Shown: positions 43,401 to 52,366, counted from the first letter of the stretch. The stretch is DNA of 64,000 nt from an uncultured Gemmatimonadaceae bacterium (GCA_963761305.1 CAVXGK010000001.1:608001-672000), one strand, 5' to 3'. Notes: generated by a model from the letters alone, not told the origin. Translations and numbers: made by a program.

Positions 43401-44145
43401 CATGCACGGCGAAGATCACCTGCACGGCTGGGGTCAGCCGTTCATCCCGACGTCGCAGCTGCTGTTCGTACGCGGGTTCGATCCCGTCAGCCAGACGTAC
43501 AAGTACGACGTCAACCCGCGGTTCGGCGCGACGGCGCTGTCGCAGTCGTCCATTCGCGCGCCGGTCACGCTGACCGCGTTGCTGCGCGTCGACGTCGGAC
43601 CGGCGCGTGAGCGCCAGGATCTCACGCAGTTGCTCGACCGCGGCCGCACGACCGACGGTACGAAGGCCCCCGAGGCGCTGCTCCGTGCCTACTATGGATC
43701 GGGCGGCGTCATGAATCCGATGGCCCAGATTCTCCGGCAGGCCGACACGCTCGCTCTCGGGGAAAACCAAGCGGACAGTATCGCGATCCTGAATCGCCAA
43801 TACACCATTTCACTCGACTCGATCTGGTCGCCGGTGGTGAAATACCTCGCCACGCTGCCGGAGCGATACGACCAGACGGCGGCGTACGACCGCTACAAGG
43901 CCGCGCGCGAGGCGTCCGTCGATGCGCTGATCCGCCTGGCGCCGACCGTTCGCGGACTCCTCACGAGCGAACAGATGCGCAAGCTCCCGGCCTTCGTCGG
44001 CCCCTATCTCGACACGCGCTACCTCGCATCAGTCCGCTCCGGCACGACCGGCACCGGCCTCGGCATGATCATGCTGCCTGGCGGCGGTGCGGTTCCGGCC
44101 GGCGGCGGTGGCGTGCAGGTGATCATCAAGTCCGGAACACCGTGA
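40405..44145 (+). CDS. TonB-dependent-receptor-like outer membrane protein (carboxypeptidase regulatory-like N-domain) with C-terminal helical extension
   Basis: Signal peptide, VRGRI..PD..PV..ATI N-domain, plug-like PGV...G.FSGG, amphipathic beta strands (SPRVGFSW, SGTPYTP, GDINGDG..ND). Confidence 0.82.
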   Translation: MSFRRSIIAALAMAVVVLVRPHIAAAQTDVVRGRIIGPDSLPVERATITVTSLTGNVTRSARTDKNGRYTVTFPGDEGDYFVNVAALGFAGRRFEIKRTGDQEILIADAKLQRVAERLDAVKVNADRQRVGRNDVPDISGSERSASAANVSADQLGDLAALAASLPGVQLIPGADGNPNGFSVLGLTPDQNATTLNGMNFGGSNLPRDANVSTSLVTSPYDVSRGNFSGGLLNVRSRPGSNYIIRTSSLNFDAPQMQWTDPAGRQLGQQYHNISAGGLFSGPLETDKSFFSIAYQAGRRSSDLQSLLNTDALGLRAVGVAEDSVRNLLNILGQDHVPPTIGGVPGARLNDQALVFGTFDWAPPSSTTGQAVNITFNGSWNRQDPSGLSSTELPSHGGERENWYGGVQAKHSGYFGFGVLSETQIGINRLRFYGNPFVDLPNASVRVTSMFDDGTSGVQNLSFGGNPTMNVNMTTTTAQAMNTLSWFSENNKHRLKFTTELRHDEYEQDLSTNELGTFSFNSLSDLAAGTPASFTRQLTPRARSDGQYVLGTSLGDSYRPTDDLQVQYGVRLDGNRFGSTPEFNPAVEQAFGLRNDYVPSKIYASPRVGFSWTYGTAPQVAAFQGAARGPRAVIRGGVGLFQNTPNAQSIGTALDNTGLPSAVQQLACVGIATPTPDWLAYATSIGSIPTQCADGTTGTVFASTAPNVALFDKSYSAPKALRSNLQWNGSILDNMFLASVDATYSLNLDQPSTFDLNFNPVEQFALANEGGRPVYARTSGIVPISGAIAAGESRLDPAFTHVSELRSDMESDARQLTFQLRPSSFNSNYSWSLSYVYANARDRVRGFSNTDGDPRTASWARSSFDSRHQIVYGLTYNAFDFIRLSWNGSFRSGTPYTPLVSGDINGDGYSNDRAFIFDPTKTADTALAAGMRTLLATGSRSARDCLLSQLNTVAGRNTCQGPWTSTAFLNFSFNPAKVRMPQRANISFQISNPLAAADVIMHGEDHLHGWGQPFIPTSQLLFVRGFDPVSQTYKYDVNPRFGATALSQSSIRAPVTLTALLRVDVGPARERQDLTQLLDRGRTTDGTKAPEALLRAYYGSGGVMNPMAQILRQADTLALGENQADSIAILNRQYTISLDSIWSPVVKYLATLPERYDQTAAYDRYKAAREASVDALIRLAPTVRGLLTSEQMRKLPAFVGPYLDTRYLASVRSGTTGTGLGMIMLPGGGAVPAGGGGVQVIIKSGTP

Positions 44146-44168
44146 TTCTCGCTCATTCCATAACTCTT

Positions 44169-45476
44169 ATGCGTACACACATCCTGTCGTTCGTCGCACT
44201 CGTCCCCGCCGCGCTCGCCGCGCAGACGCCGGCCGTTCGCCTGATCAACGCCCCCGACGCCTCGTCCAAGCCGGAGTTCTCGATGGTCGCCGCGGTGCGC
44301 CAGCTCGCCGGCGGCCGGCTGCTCGTGAACGACATCAACAATCGGCAGCTGACGATTCTCGATCCCGGACTCGGCAACGCGTTCCTGCTCGCGGACTCCA
44401 CGAGCGGCCGCGCCAATTCGTACGGAACCCGACCCGGTGGACTCATTCGCTATGTGGGCGACTCGACGCTGTTCGTGGACCCGGCCGGCTTGTCGATGTT
44501 CGTGATCGACCCGGCTGGCAAGATCGCGCGCGTGGCCTCGGTGCCGCGGTCGCAGGACGCCCCCAGTCTCGGCAACAACCTGCTCGGTACGCCGGGCGTC
44601 GACGCCGCCGGGCGTCTGGTCTATCGCAGCGCGGGACTCCGCCTCACCCAACAAGGCGGAAAAGGCGCTGGCGGAATGGTCGCGCCCGACTTTCCCGATT
44701 CCACGGCGATCGTTCGCGTCGATCTTGCCACGCGCAAAGTCGACACGGCGGCATATTACAAGATTCCGAAAACGAAAATGAACATTGTGCAGTCCGACAA
44801 GGGCGTCACGATGACGAGCGAACTGAATCCGATGCCGATCGTCGACGACTGGGCCGTGCTGTCGAACGGGTCGATCGCGATCGTGCGCGGCCAGGACTAC
44901 CATGTCGACATCCTCCACGCCGACGGAACGACGGCGTCGGCGGCGAAGATTCCGTTCGATTGGCAGCGTCTCAGCGACGAAGAGAAGGTCGCCGTCATCG
45001 ATTCGGCGAAGGTTGCGTTGGATCGTGCCCGCGCCGCCGGCCCCGGTGACGGGAATGCCGTCATCGCCGGCGGCGGACGCGGCGCCGGCGGTCCCGGCGG
45101 AATGGTGGTCATGAGCTTCCGAACAACCACCGACGGCGGCGGAGACGGCGGCGGTGTCGGTTCGAAGGTCGCGAGCATGGGCGGCGGCATGACGCCCTCG
45201 TTCGTGAGTGCCAGCGAGCTCCCCGACTATCGCCCCGCATTCAACCAAGGCGCCGCGCGCGCCGACGAAGATGGCAACGTCTGGGTGCGCACGAGCGCCA
45301 TTCGCGCCGGCGCCATCGGCGGGGTGATCTACGACGTGATCAACGGCCAGGGCGCGCTCATCGATCGCGTGCAGCTGCCGTCCGGTCGCACGATCGCCGG
45401 CTTCGGCAAGGGTGGCATCGTCTTCATGGTCGCGCGAGACAAGACCGGCGCCTGGATCGAGCGCACGCATCGGTAG
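44169..45476 (+). CDS. Secreted beta-propeller-like hypothetical protein
   Basis: Signal peptide; GDSTLFVD, DEDGNVWVR, YDVIN..G beta-rich motifs; directly follows the receptor. Confidence 0.7.
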   Translation: MRTHILSFVALVPAALAAQTPAVRLINAPDASSKPEFSMVAAVRQLAGGRLLVNDINNRQLTILDPGLGNAFLLADSTSGRANSYGTRPGGLIRYVGDSTLFVDPAGLSMFVIDPAGKIARVASVPRSQDAPSLGNNLLGTPGVDAAGRLVYRSAGLRLTQQGGKGAGGMVAPDFPDSTAIVRVDLATRKVDTAAYYKIPKTKMNIVQSDKGVTMTSELNPMPIVDDWAVLSNGSIAIVRGQDYHVDILHADGTTASAAKIPFDWQRLSDEEKVAVIDSAKVALDRARAAGPGDGNAVIAGGGRGAGGPGGMVVMSFRTTTDGGGDGGGVGSKVASMGGGMTPSFVSASELPDYRPAFNQGAARADEDGNVWVRTSAIRAGAIGGVIYDVINGQGALIDRVQLPSGRTIAGFGKGGIVFMVARDKTGAWIERTHR

Positions 45477-45502
45477 CCGAATCGACTCTCGGTTGTTGAA
45501 AC

Positions 45503-45541
45503 AACGCGGGGACTGTCGCCACGACGGTCCCCGTCGTTTTT
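45503..45541 (+). terminator. Probable intrinsic terminator
   Basis: CGGGGACTGTCG-CCA-CGACGGTCCCCG followed by TCGTTTTT. Confidence 0.75.
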
Positions 45542-45544
45542 CCG

Positions 45545-45608
45545 GTCCACCGGTCCACCCGTCCACCCGTCCACCCGTCCACCCGTCCACCCGTCCACCC
45601 GTCCACCC
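45545..45608. repeat. Octamer tandem repeat GTCCACC(C/G) x8
   Basis: GTCCACC recurs exactly every 8 nt from 45545 to 45601. Confidence 0.97.
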
Positions 45609-45611
45609 ACC

Positions 45612-46556
45612 TCACGCGAACAACCCAACCTGTCCACCGGTGTGCCAGAACAGCACCGTCTGGTCCGGTGTGAACCGCTCGTCGCGCACGTACGAGATGA
45701 GCGCGCCCAGCGCTTTCGCCGTATACGTGTGATCGACGAAGAGCGCTTCCGTCCGCGCCGCCAGCGACTGCGCTTCGCGCGATGCGTTCGTCGGAATGCC
45801 GTAGCCGTCACCGACCCACGAGTCGTCGACCTCGATCTCTCCATCGAACGACTCGAGTCCGCCGATGCCGCGAACGATCGCCAAGACGCCGTTGCGGATC
45901 TTTTCCGCTGAGTCGTCGGCGCTCACCGCGATGACGCGAGTCGGAAGCCCGAACCGCGCCACGCCCGCGATGAGACCAGCCTGCGTGCCGCCCGACGACC
46001 CCGCGTGCACGATCACGTCCGGCAGAATCGCTTGCGCGAGCATCTCTTCGATCGCCGCCACGAATCCGAGCGCGCCGACGACGGTCGATGCACCGAGCGG
46101 AATGAAGAACGGACGTCGCCCCTCATCCCGCAGGCGACGCATCACTCGCTCACCCGCGCCCGCGCGCGCTTCGCGTGACGCGATGTACTCGATCTCGGCC
46201 CCGAGCAGCCGGTCGAGGAGCGCGTTCGCCGACGGATGCGGCGGCGGCGTGCCGTTGATGATGAGTACGCACCGGAGCCCGAGTGACGCCGCGGCAGCCG
46301 CCGTGGCGCGCGCGTGATTCGACTGCACGCCGCCGACCGTCACGAGCGTGTCCGCGCCGCGCGCAACCGCCTCCGCCAGGACGAATTCCAGCTTCCGCAC
46401 CTTGTTGCCGCCGAAGCCGAACGGAATCGAATCGTCGCGCTTCACGAGCAGCGTGGGTCCGCCGCCGAGCGCGGCGCGAAGGCGCGGCACCTCTTGCACC
46501 GGCGTGGGACCCGACAACAACGACACGCGCGGTTGAACGAGGCTCGACGTCGTCAC
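45612..46556 (-). CDS. D-cysteine desulfhydrase / ACC deaminase family PLP enzyme
   Basis: PTP, VKRDD, GGNKVRKLE, QSNHAR, SSGGTQAG, YTAK, WHTGG. GTG overlaps the upstream TGA. Confidence 0.9.
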   Translation of the reverse strand: MTTSSLVQPRVSLLSGPTPVQEVPRLRAALGGGPTLLVKRDDSIPFGFGGNKVRKLEFVLAEAVARGADTLVTVGGVQSNHARATAAAAASLGLRCVLIINGTPPPHPSANALLDRLLGAEIEYIASREARAGAGERVMRRLRDEGRRPFFIPLGASTVVGALGFVAAIEEMLAQAILPDVIVHAGSSGGTQAGLIAGVARFGLPTRVIAVSADDSAEKIRNGVLAIVRGIGGLESFDGEIEVDDSWVGDGYGIPTNASREAQSLAARTEALFVDHTYTAKALGALISYVRDERFTPDQTVLFWHTGGQVGLFA

Positions 46557-47527
46557 TCCTCCGCCGACGGCGCGCCGCCGGTCCGCGCCACCTGATCCGC
46601 CTTGATCTTGCCCGCGTCGAACCGCCGCGCGCTGCCCAGCATCTTCTCGATCGTTTCGTCGAAGTCGGCCGTCGGCTTGCGCTGAAAGCGCAGCGGGTTG
46701 ATCCGCGCGACGACGAACGCTTTGAGATACGGACTCTCGAGTCCCTTGGTCTTGAGGTTCGCCACGATTTCGTTCACGAGCTCGTTCAGCTCGAGCAGCT
46801 TGGACGCGCGTTCGCGCCGCGTCTCGAGCGCCGCCGTCAGCTTCGACGCGAGAAACTTGTCGCATCGCTTGAGAATCGGGTGATACGCGCCGCCCGAGAA
46901 TCGCCCGTTCTCCATGTAGCAGAAGCCGAGCGTGAGAAGCGCCGGTTCCTCGAACTCGGTCGTGAACTCCTTCTCCGGCCGGTTGTCGATCGCCGCCAGG
47001 CCTTCGGCGAGCCGCGCCACTTCGAGCGCGCGCTCACGAAGGTTGTGCGCCTTCTCGGTATTGAGAATCAGGATGCGGTGCGCCACTTCCGGTTCCGGGA
47101 CCACGATCGCGATGATCGACTTCGCGCCGAGCTGCCGCATCGCCCCGAGCCGATGATATCCGTTCGGCGACCAGTACTTTCCCTCGGGACCGGGCACGGC
47201 GATCACCGGATCGAGGTAACGGTCGAGTTGATCGATCGCCTTCGCCACGCGCTCGACGTGCGCCTCGGACAGATCGCGCTGATACGGCGTCGGTTCGACT
47301 TTGTCGATCGGCAGCGCCGCAAGAATTTGCCAGTTCGAGCCGAGCGGATCGCGATACGTCGCGAGCACCGACCCGCCGTCGGACTCGATCGTCTTGCCGA
47401 GCGATTCGACCGACGCGGGCGGCGAGACCGACGTCAGCCGGCGAGCGTCCAGCCCGCGCGACGCGGCAGGGGCAGCCGCCGCCTTCTTTCTGGTTCGCTT
47501 CTTGGTCGCGGGCTTGGTCGCGGGCAT
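46553..47527 (-). CDS. ParB/Srx N-terminal domain-containing protein
   Basis: LPIDKVEPTPYQRD, DPVIAV, NGYHRL (ParB GxxR-like motif); Lys/Ala-rich N-tail. Confidence 0.75.
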   Translation of the reverse strand: MPATKPATKKRTRKKAAAAPAASRGLDARRLTSVSPPASVESLGKTIESDGGSVLATYRDPLGSNWQILAALPIDKVEPTPYQRDLSEAHVERVAKAIDQLDRYLDPVIAVPGPEGKYWSPNGYHRLGAMRQLGAKSIIAIVVPEPEVAHRILILNTEKAHNLRERALEVARLAEGLAAIDNRPEKEFTTEFEEPALLTLGFCYMENGRFSGGAYHPILKRCDKFLASKLTAALETRRERASKLLELNELVNEIVANLKTKGLESPYLKAFVVARINPLRFQRKPTADFDETIEKMLGSARRFDAGKIKADQVARTGGAPSAEE

Positions 47528-47676
47528 TGTCCGGCGAAAGCTAGGTCCACCCCGATCGCTCACGCCAGCCGCCGTGGTTCTGAAGAATGATGTGACGTAC
47601 ACCCGGAGCGGTCGCGCCCGCCAACGCATATTTTCCTCGCAGACGCCGCGCCCTTACTCCCTCCCACCGTCGCGCC

Positions 47677-49728
47677 ATGCGCCTTCGCCCACTCGTCGCG
47701 CTTCTCCTCGCCGCACGACCGCTCGCTCTCGCCGCACAGACGCGCGGAATCACGCCGCAGGACTACTTCTCGTTCGAGCTCGTGGCCGATCCGCACATCT
47801 CGCTGGACGGCTCGCGCGTCGTGTACATCGTGTCGCGCGTCGACCGTACGCAGAATCGGCGGATCTCCTCGGTGTGGATCGCGCCCACCGACGGCAGCGC
47901 GCCCGCGCACGTGCTCCTCGACGAAGCCTGGGCCCCGAGCGCACCGCGTTGGTCGCCCGACGGATCGGCCGTCGAATTCATCTCAGCGCGCGCGTCGACG
48001 GATACGAGCTCCGCTACCGGGCGCCGCCCGAGCGCGGCTCGCCCGCAGCTCTGGATTGTGTCCCTCGCCGGCGGCGCCCCGCGCAAAGTGACGAGCGTCA
48101 TGAACGGCGTATCCAACTGCGTGCCGTCGCCGACGGGCGGTCGCGTCGCGTGCTTGAGCCGCACCGGCCCGAGCGACAAGAAGCCCGCCACCGCGCAGAG
48201 CGACGTCCGCCATTATTCGCATCTTTCATACAAGTTCAACGACACCGGCTGGTACGACGACAAGAGATCTCACATCTGGATGGTCGACCTCGCGAGCGGC
48301 GCGGCGCATCAGATCACCGACGGCGACGATTGGAACGACACCGATCCACAATGGGCGCCGGACGGGACACGCCTGGCGTTCGTCTCCGATCGCACGGGAC
48401 ACGAATACGACGGCGGCCGCAACACCGACGTCTGGATTGTGAGCGCCGACGGTGGCGGACTGACGAAAGTCTCCGCCTCCGAGGGTCCGGACAACGCGCC
48501 GCGCTGGTCGCCCGACGGCAAGTCGATCGCCTACGTGACCGCGGCCGCCGAGGAAGCGCCGCCGCAGATCATGATCGCGCCGGCTGGCGGCGGCGTCACC
48601 ATGGCGCCGTATCCCTCGCTCGATCTGATCCCGACCGATCTCCAATGGTCGGGCGACGGCCGCGCGCTCTACTTCGACACCGGCGTCAAGGGCGAGTATC
48701 AGATTTTCCGCATCGAAATCGCCGAACACCGTCTGATGCAGGTCACCGCCGGCTCGCGTGCCGTGCGGAGCCCGAGCATCGCCGCCAACGGCCACATGGT
48801 CTACCTCGTGAACGACTTCACGCACATGGACGACGTGTACTCGTCGGCCATCGACTCGTTGCGGGAACGAAAGCTCTCGAACCACAACGCCGCGCTCTGG
48901 TCGTCACTCGCGCTCGCGCCGGTGCAACGGATGACCTACAAAGGCGCCGACGGCTGGCCGGTCGACGGATTCCTCGTCAAGCCGCTCAACTGGCAGCCGG
49001 GTCGCTCCTATCCGCTCGTGCTCAGCATCCACGGCGGACCCGCCGGCCAGTACGGCGTCGACTGGTTCCACGAATTCCAGGTGTATGCCGCGCACGGATG
49101 GGGCGTGTTCTTCACCAACCCGCGCGGCTCGACGGGCTACGGCCGCGTGTTCCAGCGCGGCATCGAGAACGAGTGGGGCGGCAAGGACTACATCGACATC
49201 ATGAACGGGTTGGACGCCGCGATCGCCGCGAATCCGTGGATCGACACGACCAAGATCGGCGTCACCGGCGGCAGCTACGGCGGGTACATGACGAATTGGA
49301 TCGTGGGCCACACGGGTCGCTTCAAGGCCGCGGTCACGCTCCGCGGCATCTCCAACTTCATCAGCGACGACGGCACGCGCGACGGCGCGTACGGCCACAG
49401 CGACGACTTCGGGGGCGACATCTTCCAGCAGCACGATCTCTATTGGGATCGCTCGCCGCTCAAGCATGTCAAGAACGTCACCACGCCGATTCTCATTCTG
49501 CATTCGGACAACGACTACCGCGTGCCGATCGAACAGGGCGAGCAGTGGTTCCGCGCGCTCAAGCACTACGGCAAGACCGCGGAGATCGTCTTCTTCCCGC
49601 GCGAGAATCACAACCTCACGCGCACCGGCGAACCTCGCCACCTAGTCGAGAGTCTCGACTGGCAGCTCTACTGGTTCGACAAGTATCTCGACGGAAAGAC
49701 GAGTCTCGTCGCGCCAGACTGGCGTTAG
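47677..49728 (+). CDS. S9 family peptidase
   Basis: Signal peptide, WSPDG repeats, IHGGP, NPRGSTGYG, GGSYGG, DYRV, ENH. Confidence 0.93.
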   Translation: MRLRPLVALLLAARPLALAAQTRGITPQDYFSFELVADPHISLDGSRVVYIVSRVDRTQNRRISSVWIAPTDGSAPAHVLLDEAWAPSAPRWSPDGSAVEFISARASTDTSSATGRRPSAARPQLWIVSLAGGAPRKVTSVMNGVSNCVPSPTGGRVACLSRTGPSDKKPATAQSDVRHYSHLSYKFNDTGWYDDKRSHIWMVDLASGAAHQITDGDDWNDTDPQWAPDGTRLAFVSDRTGHEYDGGRNTDVWIVSADGGGLTKVSASEGPDNAPRWSPDGKSIAYVTAAAEEAPPQIMIAPAGGGVTMAPYPSLDLIPTDLQWSGDGRALYFDTGVKGEYQIFRIEIAEHRLMQVTAGSRAVRSPSIAANGHMVYLVNDFTHMDDVYSSAIDSLRERKLSNHNAALWSSLALAPVQRMTYKGADGWPVDGFLVKPLNWQPGRSYPLVLSIHGGPAGQYGVDWFHEFQVYAAHGWGVFFTNPRGSTGYGRVFQRGIENEWGGKDYIDIMNGLDAAIAANPWIDTTKIGVTGGSYGGYMTNWIVGHTGRFKAAVTLRGISNFISDDGTRDGAYGHSDDFGGDIFQQHDLYWDRSPLKHVKNVTTPILILHSDNDYRVPIEQGEQWFRALKHYGKTAEIVFFPRENHNLTRTGEPRHLVESLDWQLYWFDKYLDGKTSLVAPDWR

Positions 49729-49754
49729 TTCGCATCGCCGAACAAGACCTGCTT

Positions 49755-49973
49755 AACGCAGAGACGCAGAGAACGCAGAGAACGGCCGCAGAAGAAGTTC
49801 CGTCGCGCCACGAGCGGGATGTTTTTGTGAAAGCCGCTCGGGATGCTCAAACCCGCAGAGAAGGCTTCGGCGACGCGAGAGGCATCCCGAGCGGCAGTTC
49901 CCCCACAAAATCCCGGCTCGTGGCGCACCGGGACTCGGTTGTCGTTCTCTCTGCCTTCTCTGCGCTTCTGCGT
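49755..49973. repeat. Nested palindromic element (REP/MITE-like) with CGCAGAGA-repeat termini
   Basis: Left end AACGCAGAGACGCAGAGAACGCAGAGAACG; right end is its imperfect reverse complement. Inner arms GCGCCACGAGC 49805/49916 and GCCGCTCGGGATGC 49833/49882 are perfect inverted repeats. Confidence 0.8.
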
Positions 49974-50023
49974 CGAGCAGTTGCAGTTCAGTCGGTTGCA
50001 GTCGGCGGATCGGCCGGGCGGTG

Positions 50024-52366
50024 CTACATCCGGAACAGGTACGAGTACTTGAGGAAGAAGTAGTCCGACGTGCGCTGGATCGGCACGAAGTTGAATCGCT
50101 GCGTCGCGTCGGGCAGACCGGTCCCCGCATTGCCGTATCCGACGTAGAGAACCGTCCCCGGACGCGGCGTGTAGGAGAACAGGTAGTCGCCGCGCAACGC
50201 GCGGGACCGCGTCGCGAGCGCCGGCGCGCCATTGATCAGCAGCGGATAGTTCGTCCGCGTCTCGTCGCGCAGGTCGTTCGTCTCGCCGAAGTCGTACTCG
50301 CCGACCACGCGAAGGAAGATCGACCGTGTGAGCTGGTACTCGACCTTGAGCCGCGGGATCGCGTTGCGGGCGACGAGCGACCCGTCCGTGCGCCGCCAGA
50401 AATCCTGATACGAGTACGACCCATCGACGCGCGCGCGATCGCTCGGCCGCATGCTCACGGTGAGCGTCGCGAGGTTGATGTTCGCCTGCGCCCACTCGTA
50501 GAAGTTCTCGTCCTGGCCGCCGACATAGAGCAGACTGGCGTTGAACATCTTCCATTGCGGCGTGGCCAGCGTGAACACGTAGTCGCGGTTGAAGATTCGC
50601 CCCACGCCCGTGAACGGAAGCGTGTCGCCGGCCGGCGAGAGGATTCGATAGTTGGCGTAGAGCGTCGAGTCCCACCCGAACGTCTCCCAGTACACGCCGA
50701 GGCCCACGTTCCAGCCGCCGCGGAACGCCGCCGTCCCGCTCGTGTGGAACTTTTTGTCCTGCGCGTCGCCGCCACGCATGAAGTGCGAGTACTCCCACGT
50801 GTCGTCGTAGTTAACCAGGCCGGTGATCGCCTCGAGTTTCGACCCGCGCTCGGCGAACCACGTGTAGCGTTCTTCGGCGAGCCCATGCACGATGCCCGCG
50901 CGCGAGATGAATCCGCTGCCGGCACGGAAATCGTCGCTGATGCCGTCCAGCAGGTACCGGAAGCCGTACTCCTTTCCGTTGCGTACGACGGCGCCGGTCC
51001 ACAACGGCGCGTTGCGCACCACGTTCTGCGTCTTGTCGAAGCTCTCGGCGTACTGGAAAATCGCGTTGTACGCGCCGCCGAACGCGACTCGGCCGTCGAC
51101 ATCGGCGACGCGGTTGTAGTCGCCGCCGAGTACGCGGTCGGTATACGCTACGCCGACGCGCGACTGGTCGCCGAAGTCGTGCTGCGCGCGCATGATGTCG
51201 TAGACGGCGCGGTCCCGGTCATTCGGCGATAGACTCGGATTGTCGGCCGCAGAGAGGAAGCCCACGCTCGTGCCGTCGACTTTGCCGGCGAGCTTCACCG
51301 CGGCGTCGGGCTGCTCGATGTCGCGGGTGTAGATCAGCGTGTGCGGGACGCTAAACGCCTCGAGTCCCTCGATGAAGAACGGCCGCTTCTCGGGAAAAAA
51401 CAGCGCGCGCCGCGGATCGATCACGAACTGCCCGGCATCCGATTCCACCTCGGCGAAATCGGGGTGCGCCGTGCCGGTCATCGTCAGCGTGTTCGTCAGG
51501 CCCCACCGCGCCGTGCCGCCCAGCTGCGGCGTCTCAGCGTGGTAACCCCAGCCCGTTGCCGCCGGCGCGCCGTTCACGTGCTGCGTCAACACCGGATTGA
51601 TGTCGAGCACAACCCCACGGTCGAGTCCCGTCAGTCCTTCGAGCGTTCCCGACTGCGCGAGAAACGACGAGTTGGCCCGCACGGCCGGCGCCCAACTGTC
51701 TTCATACCCGGAATGCTGCACCTCCCGCACGACGTTCAGATCCCACGTCTGCTGCACCGCCGATTGATACTTGAGACTCTTGAACGGAATTCGCATTTCG
51801 ACTTCGTAGCCGTACTCGGTGACGCGCCCCTTCGACTCGAACACGAAGTCCTGGCTCAGGTCCGCCGACGCGCGCCCCGCGAGCGTCGGCGTCCAACTGC
51901 CTCGCGCGCCCAGCCCGTTTTCGACGAGCATCCCGTCCATCTGCACGCCAAGCGGATTCACCGCGAACACGTACGCCTGCCGCTGGTCGTGGAACGTGCC
52001 GATGAGCAACTGCACATTGTCGTCGGCCGAGATCTTGTCGCGGTCGGCGAGCGTCGCGTGCACGGCACCGTGCGACTCGTAGGCGCGAATGCCCACGTAG
52101 AGGGCCGTCGGCGAATACCAGAGCAACACCTGCGTGGAATCCGCGGCCGGCACGCCGTCTTGCGGCGAGAACTGCGAGAAGCCGGCGAGCACCGCGGCCG
52201 CCTTCCACACGGGTTCGTCGAGCAGCCCGTCGATCGTCACCGTCGCCGCGTCGGTCTCGACGCGAGGGATGTGGACGTGCAGCTGGTTCTCGCGTCCCAC
52301 GTACGTCGCGGGTGGCGTCGGCCCGCCGGAGGCGAGCGCGTGGCAGAAAGCGAGGCAGGTGAGCAT
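50024..52366 (-). CDS. DUF5916 / carbohydrate-binding family 9-like outer membrane protein
   Basis: IDGLLDEPVW, EMRIPFKSL, PDFAEVESD, FFPEKRPFF.EG; ends FFLKYSYLFRM (barrel signature). Confidence 0.85.
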   Translation of the reverse strand: MLTCLAFCHALASGGPTPPATYVGRENQLHVHIPRVETDAATVTIDGLLDEPVWKAAAVLAGFSQFSPQDGVPAADSTQVLLWYSPTALYVGIRAYESHGAVHATLADRDKISADDNVQLLIGTFHDQRQAYVFAVNPLGVQMDGMLVENGLGARGSWTPTLAGRASADLSQDFVFESKGRVTEYGYEVEMRIPFKSLKYQSAVQQTWDLNVVREVQHSGYEDSWAPAVRANSSFLAQSGTLEGLTGLDRGVVLDINPVLTQHVNGAPAATGWGYHAETPQLGGTARWGLTNTLTMTGTAHPDFAEVESDAGQFVIDPRRALFFPEKRPFFIEGLEAFSVPHTLIYTRDIEQPDAAVKLAGKVDGTSVGFLSAADNPSLSPNDRDRAVYDIMRAQHDFGDQSRVGVAYTDRVLGGDYNRVADVDGRVAFGGAYNAIFQYAESFDKTQNVVRNAPLWTGAVVRNGKEYGFRYLLDGISDDFRAGSGFISRAGIVHGLAEERYTWFAERGSKLEAITGLVNYDDTWEYSHFMRGGDAQDKKFHTSGTAAFRGGWNVGLGVYWETFGWDSTLYANYRILSPAGDTLPFTGVGRIFNRDYVFTLATPQWKMFNASLLYVGGQDENFYEWAQANINLATLTVSMRPSDRARVDGSYSYQDFWRRTDGSLVARNAIPRLKVEYQLTRSIFLRVVGEYDFGETNDLRDETRTNYPLLINGAPALATRSRALRGDYLFSYTPRPGTVLYVGYGNAGTGLPDATQRFNFVPIQRTSDYFFLKYSYLFRM

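Noticed and set aside
45545..45608. CRISPR array
   Set aside because: 8-nt units with no spacers and no cas genes in the window.
46553..47527. Plasmid or chromosome partition locus
   Set aside because: No parA, replication gene or recognisable parS palindrome in the window.
29575..49728. Two S9 peptidases as a recent duplication
   Set aside because: They share only family motifs and differ at the nucleophile (GCSGGG vs GGSYGG); ordinary old paralogues.
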